Shown piece after piece: positions 52,612 through 61,761 of a stretch of 64,000 bases of DNA (position 1 is the stretch's first letter; each line of letters begins with the position of its first letter). This stretch comes from an uncultured Candidatus Bathyarchaeia archaeon (lineage in GTDB: Archaea > Thermoproteota > Bathyarchaeia > Bathyarchaeales > Bathycorpusculaceae), in NCBI GenBank assembly GCA_964475545.1, contig CAYYXF010000001.1, forward strand, positions 9,107 to 73,106, given 5' to 3'. The translations under genes were made by a program, and so were the position numbers. The notes under the pieces are model-generated. The model worked only from the letters and a program-made list of their open reading frames with translations, searched no databases and was not told where the DNA came from.

Positions 52612-53367
52612 ATGTTCAAACTCAAGGTCGCAGATGCCAAGCTTCTGCGGGACATGATAACGTCTATCTCGATCCTCGTTGATGAAGCCACATTCAAGCT
52701 TGACTCTGAAGGCATGAAGCTCCGCGCTATGGACCCGTCTAGGGTTGCCATGATAGACTTCGAGTGGCCTAGAACCCTTTTTGAAGAGTACGTGTGCGAT
52801 ACGCCTGCAAAAATGTGCATAAACATAACTGAACTGCTGAAACTGTTGAAGAGAGCTGGAAAAGACGAAGTTGTAGGGCTATCTCTTGATGAGAAGACTG
52901 GGCGTCTGCAAGTCGCCATAGCCGGTAAGTACTCGCGGAACTTTACGATGCCTACTCTTGAAGCGTCAGAGGAAGAGGTTCCAACGCCGAAATTGACCTT
53001 CAACGTGAGAGTCAAGGCCACAACTGATGGTCTAACTCAGGCAATAGAGGATGCTCAGCTCGTGAGCGATCACGTCAAGCTTGAGGCCGACCCTGAGAAA
53101 CTGGTTTTCAACGCGGCAGGCGACCTTATGGGCGCAACCATAACCATTCAGAAAGGAAGCGACACATTACTGGAATTGGAAACGAAAGAGCCTTCAAAGG
53201 CAACGTTCAGCCTGAGTTACCTTACAGAAATCATCAAGGCAGCATCTGCCACCTCTGATATTGCAACGCTGGAATTTTCCTCAGACATGCCAATAAAGCT
53301 TGACTTTCAGCAAATAAAAGGTGGAAAACTGGCGTTCTATCTAGCGCCGAGAATTGAAACAGAATAA
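52612..53367 (+). CDS. pcn: DNA polymerase sliding clamp PCNA
   Basis: 251 aa from the ATG at 52612 (AGGTGA lies 6 nt upstream). It reads MFKLKVADAKLLRDMITSISILVDEATFKLDSEGMKLRAMDPSRVAMIDF, the canonical archaeal PCNA. Confidence 0.93.
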   Translation: MFKLKVADAKLLRDMITSISILVDEATFKLDSEGMKLRAMDPSRVAMIDFEWPRTLFEEYVCDTPAKMCINITELLKLLKRAGKDEVVGLSLDEKTGRLQVAIAGKYSRNFTMPTLEASEEEVPTPKLTFNVRVKATTDGLTQAIEDAQLVSDHVKLEADPEKLVFNAAGDLMGATITIQKGSDTLLELETKEPSKATFSLSYLTEIIKAASATSDIATLEFSSDMPIKLDFQQIKGGKLAFYLAPRIETE

Positions 53368-53380
53368 CGAGAAAAACAAG

Positions 53381-54427
53381 ATGCAACGCTCTGCCGCCAG
53401 ATTCACAAAGAATGACCTGGCAAAATACCCATTTCTCAAAGAAACCACAGACTATGTTAAGAAACTTGATCTGAAAGTCGAAGATCTGGCAAGCCCAGCT
53501 TTGGCCACTGTTCTTCAACGTGCCGAAGAAAGGGTTGAAGAAGCAATCTTGTATACAATGACTGGCGTCAAGCTGCGAAATGCTGAAATCGAAATTCTGT
53601 CCTTCCCAGCTGCGATCCTGTTAGTAATCGCAACCGAGAACAGTTTCATAAAGAAACGATATGCGTTGGCTGAGGCGAAACAGGCACATGAAGAAATGAG
53701 GCTTGAGTCTAGGGAAAAAATCTTGTCGATCGCAGAGAATTTCAGCTGGAAGCTGACAACAAACAATCGAGCTGAGATTCCATGCGAGTTCTCGCTGAGC
53801 TTCGTGGATTATGTAAACAACACTACACACTTGCGGGACAAGAAATGGAAACTCGTCAACAGACTGCTGTCTAGCGGCAACGTTTACCTAACGAGAAATG
53901 AAGCTACAAGGCTATTGAGCGAAGAGGTTCGCAAGCATATCGAAAAGCGACTAGAAATAAGAGAGCGGCCTAGTTTCCCAGCAATAATAATCGAAGCAGC
54001 TGAGAGAATAAAGAAGCTGGCAGTTGATAAGATAGGAAAAGCTGAGATGGAAGGCTTTCCGAAAATCACTGTGCAAACAGCTTTTCCACCGTGCATAGAA
54101 GTTCTATACCAAGCTTTCACTTCTGGCAGGCACTTGTCCCATGTTGGTCGATTCACACTTACCTCATTCCTGGTAAACGTGGGGATGTCACCCGAAAAAG
54201 TGATCGAGCTCTTCAGGAACTTTTCTGACTTCAGCGAGAGGGTGACACGTTATCAGGTTGAGCACATTGCGGGAGAAAAAGGTTCAAGAACCCGCTACAT
54301 CCCCCCGAGATGTGACACATTAAAAACCCATGGGGTCTGCCCTGGTCCTGAAGTGCTGTGCCAGACGATACGCCACCCATTGGCCTATTATAGACGGAAA
54401 CTGAGGGCGTCTGGCTCCAAGGCATAG
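53381..54427 (+). CDS. priL: DNA primase large subunit PriL
   Basis: 348 aa from the ATG at 53381. It has an N-terminal helical domain (LAKYPFLKE..) and a C-terminal Fe-S domain with four Cys (PPCIEVL, PPRCDTL, GVCPG, VLCQ). Confidence 0.85.
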   Translation: MQRSAARFTKNDLAKYPFLKETTDYVKKLDLKVEDLASPALATVLQRAEERVEEAILYTMTGVKLRNAEIEILSFPAAILLVIATENSFIKKRYALAEAKQAHEEMRLESREKILSIAENFSWKLTTNNRAEIPCEFSLSFVDYVNNTTHLRDKKWKLVNRLLSSGNVYLTRNEATRLLSEEVRKHIEKRLEIRERPSFPAIIIEAAERIKKLAVDKIGKAEMEGFPKITVQTAFPPCIEVLYQAFTSGRHLSHVGRFTLTSFLVNVGMSPEKVIELFRNFSDFSERVTRYQVEHIAGEKGSRTRYIPPRCDTLKTHGVCPGPEVLCQTIRHPLAYYRRKLRASGSKA

Positions 54428-54450
54428 AAAAGAATCTGCAATAGGGATGC

Positions 54451-54460
54451 TTTTATATAT
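54451..54460 (+). promoter_or_regulatory. TATA-box candidate for the GT2 (Dpm1-like) gene
   Basis: TTTTATATAT lies in the 46-bp spacer after priL. AGGTGA at 54491-96 precedes the ATG at 54507. Confidence 0.35.
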
Positions 54461-54506
54461 CCAGTGCTCTTAAGTGAACGCTAATACTAAAGGTGATCAG
54501 CCGACA

Positions 54507-55256
54507 ATGGACTTTCCATCGGTGGAAGGAAACGTAGGGATAAATTCCGAAGTCGGATTGATTCTACCAACATATTGTGAAGCGGCAAGCATTGAAAAAT
54601 TAGTTCATGAAATTGAAGGACTAAACCTTAACATTTCCATATTAGTTATCGACGATTCAAGCCCAGATCACACGGCAGACATGGTGAGGAAACTTCAGGG
54701 GAAATACAGCAATATACTTCTTCTTGTGAGACCCAAAAAATCCGGGCTTGGAACCGCAATAACAGACGGTTTTAAAACATTTCTATCCTTTGTGAAGCCT
54801 CCCAAATACATAGTCACGATGGACGCAGATTACTCGCACAACCCAGCAGATGTTCCATCAGTGGTCTCAGCAGCAAAGGAAGTAAAGGGACTTGCAATAG
54901 GAAGCCGATATTGCGAGGGTGGAAGAGTGGCAAACTGGAGTATGGTTCGATGGCTGATAAGTCGTGTCGCCAACCTACTGTCCTCTTTTCTAGTAGGAGC
55001 AGCAATACACGACTATACAAGCGGCCTGCGCTGCTACTCAACTGATCTGGTCAAGCAAATAGTCAATGACCTGCACAGCCAGACCTATGAAATCCAAATA
55101 GAAACAATAAGGCAGTCCCACCGCCGCGAATTCATAATAAGAGAAACTCCGATAACCTTTGTTAACAGAAAGAAAGGAAAATCAAAACTCACTATCAACG
55201 AAATAAAAGAATTCTTCCGTTACATCCTGCTGAAAGTTGTCCTGAAGAGAAGCTGA
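54507..55256 (+). CDS. GT2 polyprenyl/dolichyl-phosphate glycosyltransferase (Dpm1-like)
   Basis: 249 aa from the ATG at 54507 (the track uses GTG 54474). The patterns LILPTYCEAASIEKL, VIDDSSPDHTADMV and TMDADYSHNP are typical of dolichol-P-mannose/glucose synthases. Confidence 0.8.
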   Translation: MDFPSVEGNVGINSEVGLILPTYCEAASIEKLVHEIEGLNLNISILVIDDSSPDHTADMVRKLQGKYSNILLLVRPKKSGLGTAITDGFKTFLSFVKPPKYIVTMDADYSHNPADVPSVVSAAKEVKGLAIGSRYCEGGRVANWSMVRWLISRVANLLSSFLVGAAIHDYTSGLRCYSTDLVKQIVNDLHSQTYEIQIETIRQSHRREFIIRETPITFVNRKKGKSKLTINEIKEFFRYILLKVVLKRS

Positions 55257-55289
55257 TACGTCGTAGTTGAACAACATCGCGGGCATTCT

Positions 55290-56459
55290 CTAGCGTTTGC
55301 AGCTACTTTTTCTGATTGCTTGACCGTAAATAAACTCCAGCTTGTCAACAACCTTCTCCCATGTATACTTGTTTTTGATAAGCTCAAAAGCATTATCAAC
55401 AAGCGTATCTCCTAACTGACGATCTGTCAAGACTTCGCGGATCGATCTAGAGATTTCTTGAGGAGTAACACTCTGAAGCAGCCACGCATGCACTCGATGC
55501 TTCAAAATGTCGCCCGGGCCTCCGAACGGAGAAACAACTACTGGGATTCTGCTTGCCATCGCCTCTAGCATGCTTAGACCAAACCCTTCGTATGAAGACG
55601 GCAAAATGAAGATATCCGCGCTAGAATAGAATTCTTTCAGTCTCGATGCTGGAACTTTCCCTGCCATGACAAGCGAATGCTTGACCCCGAGTCTTGAGGC
55701 CAAGCCTAACAATGTGCTTGAAAGATTTGCATAGTCGGGGCCGACAATGACGAACTTTGCGGATGGAAACTCCTTCAATATAAGCGGCATTGATTCAATG
55801 ACTTTGTCTATCTGTTTGTTCCAGTCGATTCTCCCCACATAAAGCAGTATTGGATCACCAGAGCCTAATTCGTTCAGAATCTTCTGACTCTTTTCATGCG
55901 TGTATTCTTCTGTATTGACGCCATTTGGCACGACGGTTATCTTATCAGCCGATGCTCCTAATTGCATTATCAGACGCACATTGTGCTCGCTTAACGCTAT
56001 TATTCTGTCAGAGAAATTGAGAAGCAGACGTCCAGCGGTGTGATCAAAAACTGCCTTCAACAAGACATTGGAGACGGATCGCGAAGGATAAATGCCGTGA
56101 GGCGTCAGGATCACTGGAACATGATTTAGCCGGGAAAGCGAAGCTGCAGTGCATGAGCTTAAGCATCGATACCCGTGCACATGAACCACATCACCCTTGA
56201 TCTGACCCAGAATCTGCAAAATGCCTGGTATGAACCAAAGCTCTCTAGTCAGTTTCGACATAAACAACGGAAATCGGTAAACATCAATCCCCTTCACATT
56301 CTCAGTTTGGACGGAGTTGCTCTTGCCATCAATGTCGTCGGAAGTAACCACACTTACTTTGTGGCCACGCTTAGAGAGTTCAAGGGAAATCCTGTAAACA
56401 TGCTCCTCTACTCCTCCAATCGCTGGTGGAAACCGCGGCGTAACCTGTACTATATGCAT
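55290..56459 (-). CDS. GT4-family glycosyltransferase
   Basis: 389-aa ORF with the N-terminus MHIVQVTPRFPPAIGGVEEHV and the E-x7-E motif PSSYEGFGLSMLEAM. Confidence 0.85.
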   Translation of the reverse strand: MHIVQVTPRFPPAIGGVEEHVYRISLELSKRGHKVSVVTSDDIDGKSNSVQTENVKGIDVYRFPLFMSKLTRELWFIPGILQILGQIKGDVVHVHGYRCLSSCTAASLSRLNHVPVILTPHGIYPSRSVSNVLLKAVFDHTAGRLLLNFSDRIIALSEHNVRLIMQLGASADKITVVPNGVNTEEYTHEKSQKILNELGSGDPILLYVGRIDWNKQIDKVIESMPLILKEFPSAKFVIVGPDYANLSSTLLGLASRLGVKHSLVMAGKVPASRLKEFYSSADIFILPSSYEGFGLSMLEAMASRIPVVVSPFGGPGDILKHRVHAWLLQSVTPQEISRSIREVLTDRQLGDTLVDNAFELIKNKYTWEKVVDKLEFIYGQAIRKSSCKR

Positions 56460-56475
56460 TCGCAGTCACATTTCA

Positions 56476-57744
56476 TCAGTTTGTTTCTCGCAATCCTCCA
56501 TTGTTAGAAATAACTGCGTTCAAGACTTGGTCAAATTGGTTCGCCAGAAATGTCCAGTCATACCTCACTTCAACTGTCCTTCTCGCATTCTGCCCTACCT
56601 TCGCAGCAAGCGCTTCCGAAGCCAATATAGTCTCAAGCTTTTCAACCCATTCATCGATATTGTCGGGGTCCGCGAGAAAACCGTTCTCTCCGTCGGAGAT
56701 CACATCTTCAACCCCACTTACCCTACTTGCAATTACAGGTTTCTGCATGGCCATTCCCTCAAAGAGCTTCAGTGGACTTGCTGCGTTAGAGACCTCGTTG
56801 CTGGGAAAGGGAATCAGGACAATATCTGCATCTGCTAATAGAAGTGGAATCTTTTCGTGTGGCGTTTCTCCCAGAAAAATAGCGTTTTCTTTGCAGAATT
56901 CCCTGCTTGCTCCGCTTCCTGTGAGCACAAACTTCACATTCAATCCCTTCTCTCTTGCCCTGTCACACAGCTTTGATATTATGTTCAGCCCGGCCCATGC
57001 GTCTAGGCGTCCATAATAGTGGCATGTCTTCCTGTTGTGATTACCTAACTTCGCGTCGGTTCGAACAGAAGCGTATCGATTGGGATCGAATTCGCTTGTA
57101 TCAACACCATTGGGAATTGTCACTAAATTCCTTTCAGGTACTCCTAACGAGGCTGCGTAGTTTCTGATAAACCGTGTTGGTACTGTGACCTTTCGAGAGT
57201 TTCTGGCAATAAACTCTTGGATAAGGACAATTAGCTTGGCCATAAAGCCACTCTTTTTGATGTTAAGGAGCTCTATAGCGTATTGAGCTATTAGATCATT
57301 AAAATCTAGCACAACGGGTTTTCTCCACAGCCTTCCCAATGTGAGTCCGAGCAAGCCAGTGTAGGGACTCGGATAGTTCAGCACAATAATATCTGGCTTC
57401 ATCCTTCCAAAAACCTTCGCAGCCTCTTTTAGTACCCACACGGAAGTCAAGAGAAATGCTAGTGGGAATGAATATTGCCAAATCTTGGCAATTCTAGCTG
57501 ATATTGGAATAAAATGGCCCGTGATTTTCGCATGCTTTTCGGTGCTAGTTATCTTTTGGAGATGAAGCTTGTCAACGCCTTCATTCTTTTGCATTCCTCT
57601 TAACAACATTCGCATCGGAGGGAAAACTATGAAGTGTATCTCATGTTTCTGCGATAATCTTTTCATAATCTCGAATATCCTTCTATCACTCCCGAGCTTG
57701 GGTGGAAAATACTCGACAAAGACTGCGACGTTCATGTTATCCAA
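56476..57744 (-). CDS. GT4-family glycosyltransferase
   Basis: 422-aa ORF with VAVFVEYFPPKLGSDRR at the N-terminus and a GT-B C-terminal domain (..PLKLFEGMAMQKPVIAS). Confidence 0.8.
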   Translation of the reverse strand: MDNMNVAVFVEYFPPKLGSDRRIFEIMKRLSQKHEIHFIVFPPMRMLLRGMQKNEGVDKLHLQKITSTEKHAKITGHFIPISARIAKIWQYSFPLAFLLTSVWVLKEAAKVFGRMKPDIIVLNYPSPYTGLLGLTLGRLWRKPVVLDFNDLIAQYAIELLNIKKSGFMAKLIVLIQEFIARNSRKVTVPTRFIRNYAASLGVPERNLVTIPNGVDTSEFDPNRYASVRTDAKLGNHNRKTCHYYGRLDAWAGLNIISKLCDRAREKGLNVKFVLTGSGASREFCKENAIFLGETPHEKIPLLLADADIVLIPFPSNEVSNAASPLKLFEGMAMQKPVIASRVSGVEDVISDGENGFLADPDNIDEWVEKLETILASEALAAKVGQNARRTVEVRYDWTFLANQFDQVLNAVISNNGGLRETN

Positions 57745-57904
57745 TTTTAAGTGTCCGCTGTTGCCGTTTATGGTTTTCTAATGAATCGGAGCTGCTGGCT
57801 TGGACTTGCGGCTCCTGTGCCGACAGCGAACAAGCATTATAAGAGTCAGAGGTGTTCATAATGGGCTACTCAGAAGGAGATCGTTATCTTTTTAAGAGTA
57901 TGGA

Positions 57905-60439
57905 ATGTGTAGAGAGGCTATAAGGGAAAAATTGATGGTGCTCCTAGTCCTGCAGTTGCTCTTTTTCATGTTTCTTATGATAGTTAACGGTGAGCCTTTG
58001 AGGTTCTACTTGCTTCGCCATCTAAGATTGTTTTCAGATTTGGATTTTGTGCAAATCTGCATTCTAGACGTCTATCTTGGTGGGCTGCTCCTCTACGTAA
58101 TTGCTATGCTGCCGCTTATGCTCTTTAATCGGTTCATTATTCTCGGGCTAACAGTTCTGGGCTTTGGCGTCTCTGTCTTCGCCCATTCCAATGCACTGCG
58201 ACAGGTGACAAAACCGGACAGAATACGCGCCTTTTTGGGGGATAACAAGGCTATATTCTATGACTATTTGCCTCTATTTGCGATGTTCATAATTGTCCTG
58301 CTCGTTGACCTCACTGCCATATCAGGCTATGTTTTCGGCGGTATATTCGACGAATCCATACACGCTCTTAAAACGCAAGTCATTGTGGAAAACAACTATG
58401 TACCATTGACTCTGCAACCTTACTTACAAGAAGGAAACATCTATCCGCAAGCGTCCCATGTTATCTTTGCTTTTGGCAACTATGCGTTAAATATAATAAT
58501 TCCGAAAGTCGTTTTTTATGTGAGTGTCCTCTTCAAGGCGCTGACCGTGTTTGGCGCCTACTTTTTGGGTAGGAAGCTCAGTCTTGCAAGAGAATACTAC
58601 TTGGGTCTGAGTTTTGTTTTCACCTTTATTTCCAGCTGGCCTCTCTTCGTTGCGTGGGGAGCAAATCCTTTCCTTGTGGGCTTTCCCCTTTTTCTTGTCT
58701 GTCTAGGGCTCCTTTATTCCTTAATCCGTTCCCAAACGAAAGCGAGTTACAAGGAACTCGTAGCCGCTGGTCTGCTTTTAGGATTAGCTGGAGCGATTAT
58801 TGTTACTTATCTGCAGACCCTAATGATGGTCGCAGCTCTCGTTTCCATCTATTGGCTTGTTACGAAGTCGAAATCAGTGCGCCGCAAGCTTTTCGAATTC
58901 GTCATCATATTCTCGGTCAGCCTGCTTGTTCTGAGTCCCTTCCTGTATAGGTTCGTTGCCTTCTATCGGTACCCTGGGCACAACATCGGCATTCCGGAGG
59001 ATTTTTCCGGGTATCAGAAACAAGGTTTTGCTTTGACTCAAGCTGTGCAATGGGCTTTTGACAATTTGTCTCCGTATTTTGAGTTGCGACTATTGATGTT
59101 GTTTCCGCTTGTTGGCCTCTGCGTGCTTGTTTGGATAAATCGAAAATCCAATAACATGAAGTCTATGTTGGCTTACGCTTCTGCCATCTTCCTATCTGCA
59201 GTTTCACTGTCCTTCATTGCATTCTTTCTTCCTGGAGACTTCGAAATAGTATCATGGGGCCATCAAGGCATAATTATCGCAATCTCACTGAATCTCTTCG
59301 TACTGGCCTTCTTCCTGGAACTCGCGCGGCTCATCAAGGGGATGAAATTTACATGGTTGTCAAGGCTCTCTTCGAAATTCTCTCGTGTCAATCTGATGCT
59401 AGCTGTTGTGATTCCTGCGCTGATAACTGCCCCGTTCATATATCATAGGATAATGATAGACCCAAACAGTCTGAGTGGCACCTATCGAATGTTTGCAGTC
59501 ACAACTCAAGATGACCTTGACTTGATGACGTGGATGCAAGCGAATTTGTCTTCTAACGCGGTAATTCTAGTTAGCTTATATGAACCTGGTCTATACATCC
59601 CGATTATTTCACATCACAGAATAGTCTATCCGTATTCTGCTAGCAGCTTCAGTCTTTCGTATCAGACTTTGTTGGGTTCTCTTGACAGTAATGTTGTGAA
59701 CAGAACAGTGTATGATCTCGCTTCCAACTTGTCCATATCTCACGTGTACGTGGGCTCTAATGGCGCCTACTGGTGGTTTAAGCAGCGCAAATGGAATCCT
59801 GAACTATTTCTCGGCAATCCAAACTTTGAGCTTGTGAAAAGCTTCGGCAACGCTTACCTTTTCAAACTCAATTACACGAATCCTAATACGGTTTTTCTGG
59901 ACGACTTCGAGCATGAACGTTGGGATGACTACGGATGGCAAGCCTTCTTTGAAGGCAACGGTTTAGGAAACGTAACGATACAAAATGACTTTGAAAACCA
60001 TTCGCAAAGAAGCCTAAGAATCACCTCTCAAGCCATTTATACCGTCTTCACGTGGAGACATGCGACTTACGTCACAAGAAGAATCTTCGTGCAAAACGAT
60101 TCCGATGTTACTCTTTCATTCCGCCTGAATGCCACCGAAGGCTTCAATGGCCAGGACACTTTCGCCATACTGATCTCTAATATTTATCGCAACCAAACCT
60201 TGATAATGACGACTCCAAACGGAGTCTACCGAGACTACAGGCACTCCCAGCTGCTAAATCAATCTGTGGAAACTTGCGAGTTCAAGGGCCCATCGAGCAT
60301 AAGCAGCCTGTGGCTTCAGAATTTCAACACGAGTCTCCCCGCTACCCTCATCATGGAAATTGTCAATTACGATTTCGACGGTATAGAAAACGTCGCTTAC
60401 GTCGATAACATAACTGTTACGAGTACACCTGTTGGCTAG
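57905..60439 (+). CDS. Large polytopic GT-C-like membrane protein with a periplasmic AglB/STT3-like module and a C-terminal jelly-roll/CBM-like domain
   Basis: 844-aa ORF with ~13 TM helices in residues 1-520. An extracytoplasmic loop carries FDESIHALK (compare the FDPYYHxR-type acidic loop of STT3/AglB). The post-TM segment TTQDDLDLMTWMQANLSSNAVILVSLYEPGLYI parallels STT3 [27 protein letters not shown] but lacks WWDYG. Residues ~660-844 are beta-rich with many N-x-S/T sequons. Confidence 0.45.
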   Translation: MCREAIREKLMVLLVLQLLFFMFLMIVNGEPLRFYLLRHLRLFSDLDFVQICILDVYLGGLLLYVIAMLPLMLFNRFIILGLTVLGFGVSVFAHSNALRQVTKPDRIRAFLGDNKAIFYDYLPLFAMFIIVLLVDLTAISGYVFGGIFDESIHALKTQVIVENNYVPLTLQPYLQEGNIYPQASHVIFAFGNYALNIIIPKVVFYVSVLFKALTVFGAYFLGRKLSLAREYYLGLSFVFTFISSWPLFVAWGANPFLVGFPLFLVCLGLLYSLIRSQTKASYKELVAAGLLLGLAGAIIVTYLQTLMMVAALVSIYWLVTKSKSVRRKLFEFVIIFSVSLLVLSPFLYRFVAFYRYPGHNIGIPEDFSGYQKQGFALTQAVQWAFDNLSPYFELRLLMLFPLVGLCVLVWINRKSNNMKSMLAYASAIFLSAVSLSFIAFFLPGDFEIVSWGHQGIIIAISLNLFVLAFFLELARLIKGMKFTWLSRLSSKFSRVNLMLAVVIPALITAPFIYHRIMIDPNSLSGTYRMFAVTTQDDLDLMTWMQANLSSNAVILVSLYEPGLYIPIISHHRIVYPYSASSFSLSYQTLLGSLDSNVVNRTVYDLASNLSISHVYVGSNGAYWWFKQRKWNPELFLGNPNFELVKSFGNAYLFKLNYTNPNTVFLDDFEHERWDDYGWQAFFEGNGLGNVTIQNDFENHSQRSLRITSQAIYTVFTWRHATYVTRRIFVQNDSDVTLSFRLNATEGFNGQDTFAILISNIYRNQTLIMTTPNGVYRDYRHSQLLNQSVETCEFKGPSSISSLWLQNFNTSLPATLIMEIVNYDFDGIENVAYVDNITVTSTPVG

Positions 60440-60453
60440 CTGGAAGCAAACCC

Positions 60454-61293
60454 ATGGATAATCCTAAAGTATCGATAATAGTTCCTACTTACAATTCAGG
60501 CGCCACACTCGAACAATGTCTCAGAAGCATACACCATCAGAACTATTCCCCGATCGAAATCATACTTGTTGACAACCTAAGCATTGACACAACCACAGCA
60601 ATTGCGGCGCGGTATAAAACCAAAATGATACAGCGAAAATCCACCCCTGCCTCAGCCAGAAACATGGGCATAGCCAACTCCACGGGCAAATACGTCTTTC
60701 TTGTTGATTCAGACCAAGTCTTATCGCCTTCGGTTATCGAGGAGTGCGTTGAAAAATGCGAAAAAGAAGGTGCAGGGATGGTTAAGGTTCCGGAAGTTTT
60801 CGTGGGAAAAGACTTCTGGGGTTCCTGCTCTGCCGAATGGAAGAATATCTACGGAAGAATTGAACAGAAGTATGGAGCAACTAGAAACATTCTAGCAGGC
60901 GACCCCCGGTTCTTCACAAAGGAAGCGATAGTTCGTGCGGGCATGTTCAATGATGGCCTAGTCTGGGGGGAAGACTACGACCTCTACAAAAGAGCTAGGA
61001 GAATGAATGTAAGAGAAACGTGGGTCAAATCTGAACTCTGTCACTATGAGCCCACCTCAATTCGAAAGATATTGTTCAAGTCTTTCCGCTATGGCAACAC
61101 CATGCCTACTTTTGCGAGGCGTACCAAGCAGCGGATCCTATGGCCAATGGTCAACCACTCGCTTCTGGCTTTAAGAGAGCTTCTGGGGGAACAAGGTAAA
61201 CATCCCGCAATAATCGTAGGGTGTGCTGTTCTTTTCTGCTCGAAAACACTAGTTATGGCCATCGGCCTGATGATAGGTTCCTTGGCACACTAG
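60454..61293 (+). CDS. GT2-family glycosyltransferase
   Basis: 279-aa ORF with VSIIVPTYNSGATLEQCLRSI, a DxD-type motif (LVDSDQ) and family-typical length. Confidence 0.85.
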   Translation: MDNPKVSIIVPTYNSGATLEQCLRSIHHQNYSPIEIILVDNLSIDTTTAIAARYKTKMIQRKSTPASARNMGIANSTGKYVFLVDSDQVLSPSVIEECVEKCEKEGAGMVKVPEVFVGKDFWGSCSAEWKNIYGRIEQKYGATRNILAGDPRFFTKEAIVRAGMFNDGLVWGEDYDLYKRARRMNVRETWVKSELCHYEPTSIRKILFKSFRYGNTMPTFARRTKQRILWPMVNHSLLALRELLGEQGKHPAIIVGCAVLFCSKTLVMAIGLMIGSLAH

Positions 61294-61761
61294 AATTAAG
61301 ATTCGTGCTGCAATGCTTAGGATCGGCGCGAAACCCCACGTGTACCTCGGATTTGGCATTATTGCGGCTCTGTCTATCAAGAATGAGGACTTAGGTGAAA
61401 CGTGTTTGGTTGAAAGCGCGCGCTGCGCAAGAATAGGAAAAGACTGGAACGGCAGCCCCATTCCTAGGAAGAGCAACATTGGAGATACTCACTTCAATGT
61501 TGAGCCTGCGACACCACATGTTCTTTCAGCCGAAAAAGCAGCATAGGCCATACGACACTGTGACGCGCAACCGCCACTCCTACACCCTACAGAATAACTG
61601 AAACACGTGAACACTCAACATAGCCACCTAAACCCACTCACTCTGGAACAGTCACACCAAACGCCAGGAAAAAGCCCGTGACTGAGAAGCAGGTCCAGTT
61701 AGACATAATGTCATCAATAATCCAAACATGGCAAGAAACTAAAACTAGAAAACACGAACAC

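Noticed and set aside
59921-59938. WDDYGW in the 844-aa membrane protein, which looks like the STT3/AglB catalytic WWDYG motif.
   Set aside because: It lies ~150 residues after the last TM, at the start of a beta-rich jelly-roll/CBM-like domain (FLDDFEHERWDDYGWQAF..). In STT3/AglB the motif immediately follows TM13. The positional equivalent here is SLYEPG, so this is probably a coincidental match.
61294-61761. A 468-bp convergent spacer between the GT2 and archaeosortase genes, with track ORFs (61313-61546 plus strand, 61249-61479 minus strand) and a strongly A/C-rich plus strand (61560-61680). I looked here for an archaeosortase substrate or an ncRNA.
   Set aside because: The ORF translations have no signal peptide, TM or C-terminal sorting signal and no motifs. 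The skewed segment reads as a G/T-rich 3' UTR with an oligo-T tract (plus-strand AAAAA, ~61666-61670) for the minus-strand archaeosortase gene.
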